Origin: Glaucostegus cemiculus
Lineage: Eukaryota
Assembly: GCA_976551045.1 (NCBI GenBank)
Contig: CDPCPM010000231.1
Coordinates: forward strand, 930,001-994,000
Length of the DNA: 64,000 nucleotides
Direction of reading: 5' to 3'
Position 1 is the stretch's first letter; every line of letters begins with the position of its first letter. The position numbers and the translations under genes are program-made. Positions 1-14,150 of the stretch are shown here, piece by piece. The notes under the pieces are model-generated. The model ran no database searches, had not been told where the DNA came from, and was given only the letters and a program-made list of their open reading frames with translations.

Positions 1-429
1 CACTAAGTGGCATTTCTATTAATCTATTAATTATGGGGCCATCAGGGATAGCCAATGAAACTCTTGGTGCATGTTTTTGTTGTATTATTTTGTCCCTGTG
101 TCATAGTTCATAGATGACCATTATCAACTTCAGAACTACAGTGAAGTTGCAGATTTGAGGATCTTCACATATTTTGGTGTAGGAAGCTGTCCAAAATGTT
201 GAGGAACGTCTCCAACATGCTGAAATGCTGTACTACAGGTTTTCTTGATAGTATCACTTTTTAAACTTGATTCTACGAAAGCCGAAATTGTTTTTAAATA
301 ACTTTTATGCTGAAACAGATGGAAGCATCTTTTGAATGTGAATAGGCATTCCCAACATTTGTGTATGAGCTACACCAAGTAATTGATTATTTGCAGACAT
401 CCAGAGAATGTCATATGACCAAAACTAAT

Positions 430-1990
430 ATTTAAAGAATTAAGAAATATGTTGTAAGGCACACAAACTCAATAGGAAATGTGGTCCAACCATGGGCAAC
501 AAAAGTTGGATCAAAGGAAAACATTTATTAAGTTGCAAAAAAAATTGCCTGAGGACTGGAAAAATTTCATAATTCAACAAAGGAGGACCAAGGCTTTGAG
601 GAAAAGGAAAGTAGAATGAGAGTAATCTAATGAGAAACATAAAAACAGACCATGTGAAAGCTCCCATAGATGTGTAACAAGGAAAAGATCAGTATAAACT
701 AATGTGTACCTTTGTGGACTGAGACAACAGAAATTATATTGGGGAAGAAGGAAATGACAAAGAAAATAAAATGTTTTAAACCCCCACAGATGCACACAGA
801 AAATGAAATTAGCATTAATAAGAAAAAAATGTTGAAAAATTGAGGGTCTGAAGGGTGATCCATTCCCAGGATCTGATGATCAGCAGCTCAAAGTTTTGAA
901 AGGTAGTTGTGGAAATCACTGATGCATGTTTTCATCACCCTGCAGTCTGTAGGTTCTACAATTATTACACAGGTTGGAAGATAGCAAGTGTAACCCCATA
1001 TTTAAGAAAGGATGGAACCAGAGGCCAGAAAGCCTGATGTCAGTGATAGATAAAATGCTAGAATCTATTATTAAGCTGGTGCTAATAATACACTTAAAAT
1101 AGTCATAAGATTGGGTTGAGTCAACGTGGATTTATGAAAAGGTTATTGTGTGCTTTTGAGGTTGTAACTACTAGAGTAGAGGGGGTGGGAGGGACAGTGG
1201 ATGTGCTGTATTCAGACTTTTGGAAGGCCTTTGGCAAGGTGACATATGAAAATATTAAACAAAACCACATGGGATTGGGGCTTATGCACTGTGGATTGAG
1301 GATTGATTAAGACACAAAATAGGCCACTTTCAAGTTGGAACGCCGTAACTTGTGCAATGCCATGGGGATTGGTGTTGTGACTCCATCCTTTCAAACTCTT
1401 ATTAATGATTTGGATGAGGGGACTAGTGTATTATTCAATTTTGTTGTTGATGTGATACTTGGTGTCTAGTATTGATCGAGGAACCCCAGAGAGGAGATGG
1501 AATATCATGTGGAAAAATATGGGGTCATCTGCTTTGGTAGAAAGAGAAAAGCAGAATACTTGAATTGGTGGGAGATTGAAAGATGCTGTGGTTCAGAAGC
1601 ACTTGGGTGTCCTTGTGCACTAGTTGTTTCAAGTTAACATGCAGGTAAAGTAGGAAATTAGGAAGGCTATGTTAACCATTTATTGCAATAGATTTGGAGT
1701 AAAGACCTTTTACTGCAATTGTACCTTGGTAGGGCTGCATCCGGAATAAGGTGTACATGTCTGTTCTCCTTGCCCAGGGAAGGGTATACCAATGATAGAG
1801 GAAGTGCAATGAATATTTATCAGATTGATTCTTGGAATGAGGGATTTGTCCTGCGGGGGGAGATGAAGCAGACTGGGCCTAGTTCAGAAGAATGAAAAGC
1901 AATCTATGAAACAAAATTCTTGTGGATCAAAAGATTTTTGGATATTAAAGATTGAGGGATATGGGGCTCATGTAGAAAAGTGATACTGAT
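430..1990 (+). mobile_element. Degraded CR1 LINE ORF2 fragment
   Basis: VDVLYSDFWKAFGKV reverse-transcriptase motif and further frameshifted CR1-like segments. Confidence 0.8.
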
Positions 1991-2129
1991 GCTTGAAATC
2001 TGAGATAAAAACAGAAAATGCAAAGTAAAACCGGGTTAGCAATATTTGCTGTTTTGGCTTGATGACCTGTCATCAAAACTGGAAACAGTGATAGGTTTTT
2101 AAAGTTACAGAGAGAACCATATGTCAGCT

Positions 2130-2460
2130 TGGTGGCACAGCTAGTAGTGCCACTGCCTCATTGCACAAAGACCAGGTTCAATCCTGACCTCAGACTGTCA
2201 GCTTGGAGTTTGCATGTTCTCTCTGTGAACGCCTTGAGTTTCCTTCTGGTGCTCTGGTTTCCTACCACATCTCAAAGGCGAGTGGGTTGGTAGGTTATTT
2301 AACCACTGTAAATTATCCTAGTGTGTAGGTGAGTTGTAGAGTCTAGGAGGAGCTGATGAGACTGTAGGGGAGAATAAAAAAATAGAATTAATGCAAGTGG
2401 GTGGTTGATGGTATGTGTGGATTGTGTATTGAAGGATTTGTTTCTGTCCTCTCAATGACT
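2130..2460 (+). mobile_element. tRNA-derived V-SINE-like element
   Basis: A-box ggtggcacagctagt, B-box ggttcaatcc, and body ggagtttgcatgttctc...tgctctggtttcctaccacat. Confidence 0.8.
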
Positions 2461-3859
2461 TTGTGACTAATAAGGGAGTCCTATGTATGGTGCAGAGACC
2501 AGGTGAAATTGAATGATCCTCGTAGGAGTGCTGGCTGAAAAGTTTTAAAAGATAATGAATGATATGTCTGAGGGAGATATAAATAAGTGATGCATGAAAT
2601 CCAGAAGAAACATCCTCTCTTTTGCCCCATTTCCCACCCCACCCCCCATTCAGTCAGTCTTGCCCTGTCAGTTTTCAAAACTTCAGTTCGATACTTTCAT
2701 TATAGCATGTGCAGTGTTTTCTCTCCAGTCATCCTTTTCTGAATATTATAGCACGTTAAAGGCACGTTAAAGGAAAAGTCAATTTTTTTGCCTGAAAAGA
2801 ATAGGCTACTGGCACCTATACATTTATTCCTATTGATATATTATTCCATAATATTCCTATTGATGCAACTTTTCAAGATCTGAGATCTGATAAAACAGTG
2901 GTTTGAAGTATATTAATGTACCTCCAGTAGTTTGTTGTTAAAAAACCCTACATAATTATATCAACAGTAGTGAGGAACCTAATAATAAAATTGTAGCACA
3001 TAACTATAATCAAAGAATGTTTTAAGGTAGCCTTTTACTGTTGAAATCTTTTACTTTCAAGCAAGCATTGATCTACCCAGATACTATTTGTAATTATCCT
3101 GTGTGCAAATCCCACTGGATTTCCCGCAATGAAAATAAATATGAGGAATGATCATGTTAAAGTAATTGCAGTTCAGTCACCCATGAGCCTGTCCTGTCAC
3201 AGATTATAATGGAAATGTTTTGCCTGAGGTTGAATATTTCTGCAATGCTGCACTATTGTACAAGCTTTTATCAAAATTCAGTTATTCAATTGGTCCTTAA
3301 AATCAAATTTTCCACCTAGCATTGTAATAACAATTTTTAGTTTGCACAATTGGTACCCAGTATATTATTATATCTCTGTAATATGTTTGAGCTAAGTTGA
3401 TTTAATTGCGCTTTCCTAGGAGGATTTTTGTACTTAAAAGGAAGTACAAGATCATGAGAATTACTTTGCAAGATAACTTCCTAGCTTCCATTTTACAGAT
3501 GTTGCCTGCATTTTACTGATTATATTTTCAAAAGCTATTGAACTTCACTCCCCAAGCGACGAGGTTGTCCTGATTTAAAAAAGGCATAAAGGGAAGAATG
3601 CAAAATTGTGTAGGGACTAAAAGTTGAACAATTGTTCATTTAGAATATTTTATAAATGGGGCAGGTCTGACTGATGTTGCTTAAATGTAGATGTAAATCA
3701 GTAGTGTGTAACAGGCCACTTGACTCATCGACTTTCTGTAGTTTTGCACCAAATTTCAGAATGGCTCTTTTCCTCTGCTTTAAATACAATTCCACATCTC
3801 CCAGTGAGAAATTGAATGAATAACTTGTCTCCAGCATTCACTAGCCAAAGCATCCTGAA

Positions 3860-4640
3860 TCCATAATTTCAAAGTTATTGCTCCTTTTGTGACTCTCTGG
3901 TGTGCTCTTCTGCCCTAATCGACCACTCACTGTCATATGACACTTTCCCATGTACCCATAGAATTTACATCAATGCTCCTTTTACCTCTTCCCACCACCC
4001 AGGGATCAGAAGTCTTTCCACGTGAAGTAATGATTCATTCTTCCAGTTGGTGTTCACAACATCAGCTCTTCTACATTGGAGAATCTAAATGCAGATTAGG
4101 TGTACGCTTTGCAGAGCACATTCAGTCTACTGGGGTGACCCTGAGCTTCCAGTTGCCTGTCACTTTAATTCTTCCTACCACTCTGACCTGTCTGTGGCTA
4201 CCTGTACTGTTACAGTGAGGTACAACACCTCATTTGGGCACATTACAGCCTTTCAGACTCTATCAAATTCCCCCACTTTAGGTAACTTGCTCTTTCTTTG
4301 AATATCAGAACTGTCCATTCCTGCAAGTCTTTTCCCTCCATGAGTAGAGCCTGGCCTGCTGGGCACATCCCACAGCCCTGCTATTACCAACACTTAGACA
4401 AAGATGCAGAATGTGCTTGTATACACTAACATTTGAACTCGGTGTATCAGAGTTTTTTGTTCTGCTCATCTCTCCTCCATCTTCTGTGCTACTGAAAACT
4501 AGTTTGTTTTCTCTTCGCTGGTTCTGAGGAAGAGTCTTCAACCTGAAACATTAACTCTGTTTCCACATGCTGCCTGACTTGCTGAGTGTTTCCATTCTGT
4601 TTTCAGTATAGATCATCAGATTCTTGGCATTTATTAGCTT
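3860..4640 (+). mobile_element. Penelope-like element remnant (GIY-YIG endonuclease) with terminal repeat
   Basis: FYIGESKCRLGVRFAEH (YIG motif), followed by the ctgagga..gaaac..gcctgacttgctgag terminal sequence. Confidence 0.75.
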
Positions 4641-4679
4641 TTCAATTCTGCAGCTTCTCTAGTGTTTTTTTTTAATTAG

Positions 4680-5760
4680 TCCCTTCAGGTTCTCAATCTT
4701 GCTGGACCCATAATTCCCTAAAATGTACAGCAGGTTTTCTCTTCTCTGAAAATGGACACAGTAACTGTTTGATTCATCTATCATCTCACTATTTCTTAAA
4801 TTCTCCTATCTCTAGGTGCAAGGAGTCCACATTTGCTCTTGCTTGTTTTTTCCTTCAATATTAAATGCTTTTGCAACCCATTTCTGTTTCTTGCCCATCT
4901 ACTCTCATTCTATTTTGTCTTTCTTTTATCAATTTCTTTGCCTGTCTTCTCATTTCTACAAAGCATCCAATCTCCAGGATGGTGGCTGTTTCTGGCAACT
5001 TTTTAAGCCTCTTCCTTGGATTTAATTTCTCTTGTCAGCCACGGAAAAATCACTTTCCCTTTTATTCTGCCTTGAAGGAAATATATTTCATTTGCAACTT
5101 GTGAATTGTTTGTTGAAATGATAACAATTGCCTGTCCACCGTCTATAACGTTCAATGTGTTCTTCCAATCAACCACAGCCAAATCTCTCCTTGTACCTTG
5201 GTAGTTTCCTTCATTTAAATTTAAGACCCTAGTTTCACATTGAGTTACATCACTCAATGTAAAATTCTCTCGTGGTCACTATTCTCCAAAGGCCCCTTGA
5301 CAAAAAGGTAATCTATTTTTCTCATTGCACAAACCAAGATCGAGAACAGATTTCCCCTAGTTGCTTCCTCAGCATGTTGATCAGGAAAAATATCTGATGT
5401 ACATTCCATGAATTTGTCTTCCAGAAAATTTCATTGGGCCAGTCAATTTATACATAGCTTAAAGACTCTCATGATTCCTGCATTACTTCTGTTAAATGCA
5501 CCTCCAGAATCCTTTATTTATGCCATGCCTATTATTGCAACAGCTCTTTGGCCTATATGTGTTCAAATCTTTGCTATTTTTAAGCTTAACTCTAATTCTA
5601 CAGCATGATATGTTAATCCAAGATTATTTCTCACCAGTACACTGATCTTTACCATTATTAATAGTACCACACCATCCTCTTTTCCTAAACATTGAATATC
5701 CTGGAATATTTAACATCTAACTTTGGTTATTGTGCATCCGTACTTAAGTAACGGCAACTA
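4680..5760 (-). mobile_element. Degraded CR1 LINE fragment
   Basis: RVLNLNEGNYQGTRRDLAVVDW resembles the CR1 ORF2 endonuclease-RT linker. Confidence 0.65.
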
Positions 5761-8260
5761 AAAGAATGAATAAAACACAAAATTTGTTAGTGCTTATTGA
5801 CCCACTTTTGTATTTTCTGATTTTTAAACTTGCCTAAATTATAATTTGATAGAAAGTAGAAAAATGCTGATTAACTTAGCTAAAATGTCATCCACAAATG
5901 GGTGTAACTTGTACCATGCAATATTTTCATATTCATGTCAGTCATATTTGCACTTTAAAAGACTAACAGTTTTAACTGTCATAATCTCCAGTTTATGAAT
6001 CCCTATTCAAGTAAATATCAGACCTAATCTTGCACCAGATGCAGGATTGCAGAAGTAGATTCTGCTGTATGATGCTGAGCAATCCCACACTTTTGGAGTG
6101 ATCTGCGGGACCAGTGGGCAGATGCACTGTCAACCAGCAGTTGGTTTCTACTATTATAATTGGACCTAATTCAATGAAACATTTAAAACCACTGAAAACT
6201 TGATTGTACTTTTTAAGTGTTGAAGTTGTGCTCACTTTGTTCCCAAGTAGGGTTCATTTCTCTACTTGCATTGTTTAAAGGTCTGGCTGTATGTATCCAA
6301 TAATTGCCAAGGCCCACAAACCTGGAAGATTTAAGGGGGAGTCATTCATTCCTAAAATGATCTTAATCTCTGCATGGTTGATAAAGTAAAACTACCATTG
6401 CTATAAATAAGCCAGATAACCATCAGTGAGATTTTCACTTCAGTGAACAGAAGTTTCGGGGTAATTTGGACTCCAGTTTTACTGACATACAAGTTGTGAT
6501 TGTCTTATACTTTGAGTTTAAATAGTTTGGGAAAAGAAATTACACTAAGGTTTGAATTTGCTTTGACTGAATAAGGCATACCAAAATGCTTTTAAGGCTC
6601 CCTTCAACCATGACTTTTTTAAATTGATTAATATATGTTAAAACACGATTTCTGAATTTGCTGGTGATTAACAGATTTGGATGGTGGAGGATGGAGCGTG
6701 GAGCATGGCAGTTGATGCGGGGTTTGCAGCATTTCGTCTTCCATTCATTTTTGGGTCCAGATATTGTTAGTAAGATCAGTATTTATTGTCCTTCAAGGGC
6801 AATTAGGGATGGTGGTAGCGAGCTGCTAACTTGACCTGGTGCAATCCTGCTGAAAGTGCTTCCACTGTGCTTTTGGACAGGAAAGTTTTAAATCTGATGA
6901 AGAGATAGTGATTGTTTCCAAAATAGGGAGGTGCAACCTGCTGAGGAAGCTTTTGTAAATACACACTATAGCCTTGATGTACCATTTGTGGAGGGAATTA
7001 ATGTTTAAGGTGGATAGGGTACCAGCCAAGCAAGTTACTTTGCACTGAAAAGTTCTCACTGCCTCAATTGGGTAAGTAGAGAGTGTTCCATCGTGTTCCT
7101 GTTTTGTACTTGGACAGTTGTGGAAAGCCTTGGTTTGGTGAAAGGTGAGTCATTTGCCAAAGGTATCCTACTTCTGTTGTGCTTTTTTAGCCATGGTATT
7201 TCTGCGGCTGCTTCAGTTGAGTTTATTGATAGTATTGACCCCATAATGTTGGGAAACCCAGCAATAGTAATTCCATTGAATGTCAGGGTAGTTGTTTAAA
7301 TTCCTATAAAAGTTGTACTGATGGCCATGGTTACAGTAGAATATTAATAAAATTGTAGAATATTGCAAATAATTGGCTAATGAAGGTCAACATGGGTCAG
7401 CAAGGCTACAGAAAAAGCAAACCTTGGGTTTATATATAAATTGAGATTTAAAAGAAGGGAAATTGCTAAGCCTGCCTGTATCCACCTTTGCTTGGACTAT
7501 TTGGAGCATACATTTGTTGCCATTTCATATAAATATACAAAGACACCTGGAGAGTATGCAGAAACTATTTACAAGGTTACCATTCACAAATGAGGATATG
7601 CAAAAAAGATGAACGTTTTATTAATGACAGTGATCCATCTGAGGTCTTTAAGATCGGTTCTCAGAGTGGGCACAGAGAATATTTCCGCATGCTGCAGAAG
7701 ACTTAGTACAAGATGATCACCGGAAATCTGATATGGTATTTGGTCACTATTGTCACTAAAGCAGTCAGAATGTTGAGTGATTGAGGTGAGTGGTAGAAAT
7801 ATGTAGAAGTGGAGGCTGGATAAGCATATGTGTGAGAAAGGAACAGGTGTTATGCTAATAGATGTAGATGAGGAAAGACTTGGGTACCTGTTTCTATGCT
7901 TTTTATTCTTAAATTGTACTGTAGGCTCGGATTGGCATTCACCCCTGAGCCCTAAAACAAAGCTACTGTTCTTCAATAAAACTGATATTGTCAGTTTAAC
8001 AATTTTAATAATCCAGCTTGTGCTTCATGTTTTTGTCAACTTGAATTCAAACAGTCAATTGATGCAGCTCTCCCCAGTTTTCTTTCCTGCTTGCACATTG
8101 TTTATATGGGCCTGCAACCTTCATAGAGAATTACATTTCTCTGAATGCAGTATCAACTGATCGGAAGGTCTCATTATCTATGCAAAAATATTCAATCTTT
8201 TCTTTGACAGAATTGCGTAATTTGTACAAAAATTTTAATGCCCTGTTTTGTCATTCTTAG

Positions 8261-9103
8261 GGCACTATTTTCAGTCTTGATTTGGACGAGGAAGAACGGG
8301 GAGAAACAGTGGATGATAGCAATGATATTTATATCTTAACTAGTGACAACTCTGGTCAAGTAAGTCCTCCTGAACCACTCACTGTTACCAGTTCCTGGCA
8401 GGCAGCTAGCTTGCCAGCGTCGCTGTCTACTAGTCAAAGCTGGCATACTGAAGGCCTGCCAGTTTCTCTTGGAACAGAGTCTTGGCAACAGCTATCCATG
8501 GATCCAGAAGACATGAAGAGCTTGGACAGTAATGGTGGCGGTGAAGAGAGAAGTGAAAACAATTCTTCCAATTCTGATATTGTTCACGTAGAAAAGGAAG
8601 AAATTACTGAAGCTGTTGAGAGGCAGGAAATGGAGGTAAAGACTAGAGAGAGTACAGCATCAACTGAGTCAGGACCTCAATCTACACAACAGACAATGTC
8701 AGTGGAGGGTCAGCCTTCTATTGGAATGGAGAAAACTGATCCTTTATCAATTCTGGACCCAAAGGCAGTCCCTGATGTAGAGGAAAAAACTCCAAAAGCT
8801 GCAGAAAAAATTGTACCTCAGTCTGGTGAAATGCAACAGTCAACATCTCTGCAAGAAATAAGAAAGCAATTGGATGAGATTAAAAAGGGGGTCTTGGAAG
8901 ATGCCCCAAAAACCAAACTGGAAGAGGAAGTTTTTGAAAAGGGGGAAAGAGTTGAAATGACTCCACTAACTGAGCCAGAAGTTACCAAAGAGATCATTCC
9001 TGCAAAAACAACCACATCTGTTTTGCTTTATGGTGGAGCTGCTGCTTTTGCAATGCTGGCACTTGCAGTGGGAGTAGCTCTAGCTTTGAGAAGAAGATTT
9101 TAA
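8261..9103 (+). CDS. BCL2L13: BCL2L13 (BCL-RAMBO) last coding exon: BHNo region, LIR motif and C-terminal transmembrane anchor; upstream exons lie outside the window
   Basis: Acceptor ttcttag|GGC at 8260/8261, phase 0. Translation GTIFSLD..DSNDIYILTSDNSGQVSPPE..SWHTEGLPVSLGTESWQQL..SENNSSNSDIVHVEKEE closely matches vertebrate BCL2L13. Hydrophobic tail VLLYGGAAAFAMLALAVGVALAL-RRRF; stop TAA at 9101-9103. Confidence 0.97.
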   Translation, partial: GTIFSLDLDEEERGETVDDSNDIYILTSDNSGQVSPPEPLTVTSSWQAASLPASLSTSQSWHTEGLPVSLGTESWQQLSMDPEDMKSLDSNGGGEERSENNSSNSDIVHVEKEEITEAVERQEMEVKTRESTASTESGPQSTQQTMSVEGQPSIGMEKTDPLSILDPKAVPDVEEKTPKAAEKIVPQSGEMQQSTSLQEIRKQLDEIKKGVLEDAPKTKLEEEVFEKGERVEMTPLTEPEVTKEIIPAKTTTSVLLYGGAAAFAMLALAVGVALALRRRF

Positions 9104-9961
9104 TGTGAGCAGTTCATTACTGATCAGAGTAATTAAAAAGGCTTTCTATTCTACATTTGATTTGTGACTGTAATTGAGTATTTATTCAGTTGTATTGCAA
9201 AAAATATCAATGAGGTAAACGATGATTAAGGGTACAAATACAGGGCAGTGTTAAAACAATCAGAAAATGTTAATGGCTCATGGTGTAAAGAAAATTTGTG
9301 GAGTATAACATGTTCTTGTATGCAATAGAATCTTTGATAATAAAAATACTAGTACATTTCCAAATACCTAAATGTTAAGTCACTGTATAGGAGAGAAGGA
9401 AAAGAATGTTCACTCTTTTCTGGGAACTAAGATGAGTGTATTGGTTAATAGAAACCTTTTATATAATTGGAATTGATTCTTTCTTACTGCCACCTTCATT
9501 CTTAATTGAGCAAAACTAACTTCTAAATTTTTTTAAATGTTAGCATTGGGTATTGTTTCTATCATGAGTCCATTCAATTCTACCATAACCATTTATGTAA
9601 GTTTTACTTCTTGTATATTTTATTTTTCATTGTCCCACTTGCACTTCAGTTTATTTCTTGGAACATTTTTCATTAACAAATAACAGTAAGAACTTCATTG
9701 ATATAACATTTTGCATTAGGTTAAAAGTAACATATAATGTAGTTGTTAATTTCTACTGCTGCTACTGTTGATGCCAAAACATCTAACGGTCCATCATTTT
9801 GGTTTTACTGAGTTGAAAGCACTATAGCTAAACTTTTTTCAAACATGAGTACAGATGGCTCGCATGTTTCCAAGTGAGATGATGAAAAGAAAATGATTTC
9901 AGCAGCAACTGCAGGTGGTTTTATAAGTGCTGGCTTTGCAATTTGTACTGAAACCATAAAC

Positions 9962-9967
9962 AATAAA
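9962..9967 (+). terminator. Candidate BCL2L13 polyadenylation signal (alternatives: AATAAA at 9339, ATTAAA at 10041)
   Basis: AATAAA in the AT-rich 3' UTR downstream of the stop; actual usage unknown. Confidence 0.4.
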
Positions 9968-12149
9968 ACATGGATTAATTTGTGGTGTAAAATTATTTAT
10001 GGTACACTATTGTCATCTAAGTTAAAGTCCCATCTCTTGCATTAAAAGAGCAAAACTGCTCTTAGTTTTTTCCAGCCTCCCCATATAAAGTAGCAACTTA
10101 TACAAAAACTGCATCATCAATTTTTTTTTTCATTTCGTTGTTGGAGGATGCACCTACTTCAGAAATACAGTTAACTTTTATTTGCAGCAGTGTTGCTGTG
10201 GTCTGGATTAAGTTCTGAAACAACAAACCGCAGGGATATTCAGTCCCTCTTGCTCACACTGCCATTTTAGGTCGTGGCACTGAGGTAAAGGATCAGCTGC
10301 TTTCCTGTACCAATATATTCCTCCACATCTTTTTTTTAATGTCAGTCAATGTTTGCCTTAAATATATTCGGTGATTAAGCCCTACAGCCCTCGAGTAGAA
10401 AATTCCAAAGATTCACCTACCTTCACTGAAGAAATTCCTTCTCATCCCTATCCAGAATGACTTTTTTTGATATTGTGGCCCCTCATTCTGGACATCCCAG
10501 TGCCTGGGAAGAATTTTGTTTTGTTGAGATTGCCTCCCATTTATAACTCTACTAAGTATAAGTATACTCGGTCTAATTTTTTGGTTATGATAGCAATTGT
10601 GTGATGCATTCATATAATCCTTTTGCAATTTTAATTACTATTGTCTCAATTCTCTCAAGGTATGAGAGTGAGTATATTTGAGGAGGTGGGGTGAGGAAGA
10701 CGAAATTTTCCAATGCAATTATTAATACTATGGACCAGGCCTTCATGAGTTTCTTACCACTTATATCGAACAAAATACCCAGAAATTATTATGTTTTTAA
10801 AATGCATTTTATTATTGTGATAACCACATTGCATTTATTTGGTAATTTTATCTGGTTTAAAATATTTATCATTATCTGCATCCATTTGAAATCGGTTTCA
10901 AAGCTCTTTATTTACTCAACTCTTCCTTGGAACCATCGATTTTTTAAATTAATTATTGAATATTTGTATTCTGCTTTCAGTGAAAACCTGGACCAACATC
11001 TTATAAGTGATCCACTGTCACATTGTCAGCAAATTGTCATTTACAGTGTGTTGCGGTTTGATTTCTATTTTGGCCAACATGGAAAGGATTTTTCTCCCCT
11101 GAATTCTGTTCTTCCCACTAATGATTCCAAATGAAATCGTATGCCCATCATGGTCTTCAACTACTTGTTCATTCAAGTTTCCTGAGTGTTGAAATTAACT
11201 TAAATTTAAATAGATTCTTGTTAACAGTTGTATCAATTATTAAAACATCTCATTCCAATTTTTTAATGTAGATTAAAAATTTTCTGTCTATATTGCATAG
11301 CATGGAAAGAAATCTGTTGCAAGAAAGATAGTTGGAATACAACACATTTTTGATTTACAACTTTTCCTATTCTAATGAAAGATCGACTGTTTCTCTTTCC
11401 ACAGATGCAGTCTGACCTGACTATTGCAGCAATGTTGGTCAGGATTCCATTCTCTCATTTTCTAAAGTTCCATTGTATTTCTGATTATAACTCCTAACCC
11501 AGTATTTTTGAGATGGTTTTCCTCTTTTGACTATGGTTTCCCCTCCCTTTACTTGACAGCACTCTCAACCACATCTGTTCTGTTTCCTGCACTTCTGTTC
11601 TCACTCCTCCTTGCACCCTCTGCCCTACACTGGCTCAGTCCATCAATTGCCAGTTACTTTAATTACGCATCCCATTCCCCCTCTCGTCTATACCTTCTAG
11701 TCTCTTGCAGTGTTTGAAAACAAACTTTAGGAACAGCATTTTTAATAGCAGTTGATGGGTATAGTGCAGGAAAAATAGAAATTATAAAATTTCTACAGAG
11801 AAAAATCAGCTGATCATCTTGGTTGCTATTAAATGAATCAAAGTTGGACAGGGTTCTGTAGAGAACTATCATTTCTCTCCCATTTCCCACCATTCATCAA
11901 GCCTTGTAACTTTTGTTACATTGCAGCTACTCCATCATAAACTAAATTAATTCATTAATCTTATGTGCAGCATTAAACCTGAAGATGTTCTTGATCCAAT
12001 ATGAACAGCACAGTGAGGAAATTATCAACCTAAAATGTAATCCTGTCTCTCTCCAGCTATTCCTGACCCAGGTACTTCTAGTGCTGTGTTTTTAGATTCC
12101 AGCACATCCGTGTTTATTTTGTTTTTGCTTGTAACTTGAATTAAGGATA

Positions 12150-14150
12150 CAAGGATAGCAGCACGCCTTTCAACCCCTTCCCTGCAATTCAGCAAAATCA
12201 GGGTGGGTTTATTTGACCTTGGTTCCAGTTTGCTGGACTAACACCATATCCCTTGCTTCCATCCCAATTATGGGAATCATCAATCAATACCAGTACACTT
12301 TGATGCTTCATCCTTGGGATTGACAGTAGTGAGGAGAATTTTCCCCTTGGTAAAACATGAAATAGAAATGCAATTAGACTACATCTCTGAGTACATTTGA
12401 GTCTACATCCTGCTGAATAAGAGAATTCTGAAAATCTTTACACTTGTGTGAAGTTTCTCATCTCAAATCTAAATGGTCAATATATTAAATTCTGTTCCCT
12501 AGTTATTAAATTTTTGGCATCCACCCCAGCACTCACTCAAACTTCGTTCTGCTAGTTTTTCATTATTTAAATGGGCCAACTTCTTTATTTCAGGAATCAA
12601 TCCAGTTACTTCACACAAGAGGTAAGTGTATCAATTCTTGAAAATGGAGGTCAAAACTGCAGAGTACTGTGTAGTCATCAGAACACTACAAAGTCAACAA
12701 GCTTAATTAATGTTAATTACATCTCCAAAAAATTAGAAATTATCATACTTGCTTTCATAAAAATAGTTGGCGGAATCAAAATCACTCGTCCTGTTACTGC
12801 ATTCTTAGTTGACGATATTAGACTTAACAGCCCTAATCGTCTATCTTGAACAGTTATTTTCTACCCTTCAAATCTGTTGCAGCTAATCCATGAAGTAAAT
12901 TCTGGAAATTTGTTACAAGTACACCCACCTATTTTGTTACAGTGGGACATGGGGGCTTTAGTGGATTTGATATTTCCCTTAAATGTCTCCAGGTCCATCT
13001 TTTTGCTGCAATTAAGTACTACTAGTTCCTCTGTGCTTGTATCTTATGGTAATGAAAATTTTATAGTATTTGCATAATGCCTCATTTATTTCCCATAATT
13101 TTTCCTGCATTTGTTCTGTTGGACATATTTTTCTACTCTTTCTACAAAGCAGGGCTCTTTATTTCTTGGTAAATTTCTCATTCTTAATTTTTGGTCATTT
13201 TATTTTCCTTCCCAAAAACTCAAACCTTTTGCAGTTGGCAATATTCCAAGTCTCAAACTAATCAATCTCTTGATTAAATGTTTCTTAAGATGTATATTCA
13301 CTGAGAATTTTGAATGGCTTAATATCTGTTATCAGATACAGAAGCAAACATTTATAGTCTGAATATTTTTCCCCAGTAATACTCAGCCAATTCATCCTTG
13401 TCTAATTGGCATTAATGAACTTCATATCCAGTTTTTGACTCTGCAGTTCAAGAGGAACAGAGTTCTTTGAAATTATTAGAAATCTATTCTGCCCAATGAA
13501 GTTCTATCATTTTTCACTAAAGGGTCCCTTGACACACGATTACTCTTGACCATGTCCTTTTATCTAATGTCTGCTACTGGCTGTTTTGTTCTGTTGCTCC
13601 AGGAAACTCAGGTTATAAACTTATCCTCTGAATTTCTTTGGCCATTGATTTTCCCATCCTGTATGAAGAGTTTCCCCATCAGTTTTTTATTAATTTATTC
13701 TATCATTTGGCCATTCTGAACTGAAGAAATTTCTTCAACTAGCTGGTTGGAATTCCCACCTAGATAAATTGTGGAGGCTTTGTCAGTATGTATATTTTTC
13801 GCCATGATGCATGGTTAGAACATGAAAGTGGTGCTCAGTTAATAGATTAGCCATGATCTTGTTGAATACTAGAGCAGACAAGGGGCCAAATAGTCTTTGC
13901 TTGTTTCTAATACTGCCAGTTTTTCATTGCCATCTCTTATTGATTCTAGATGGCTGCCTTTGTTATCCCCAGCAACTTCATTTAAAACATCAGTAGCTAT
14001 TTGTGTTTTTACTAAAAATCCTTCTGTACATCTTCCATATTGCTAAGTAAAATTTAATTGTCAAATATACCTAAGCATCCTTTGTTGTTAACTGCATTTA
14101 TTTCTCCATGTTGCAGCCTGATACACCTGTGCATTCCATCTTTGATTCTA
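12150..14150 (-). mobile_element. Highly degraded CR1 fragments
   Basis: Patches resembling the reverse complement of the CR1 3' end and RT region seen elsewhere in the window. Confidence 0.5.

Noticed and set aside
10691-11134. 147-aa hydrophobic ORF downstream of BCL2L13
   Set aside because: The F/I/L/K bias reflects AT-rich sequence; no homology or splice support.
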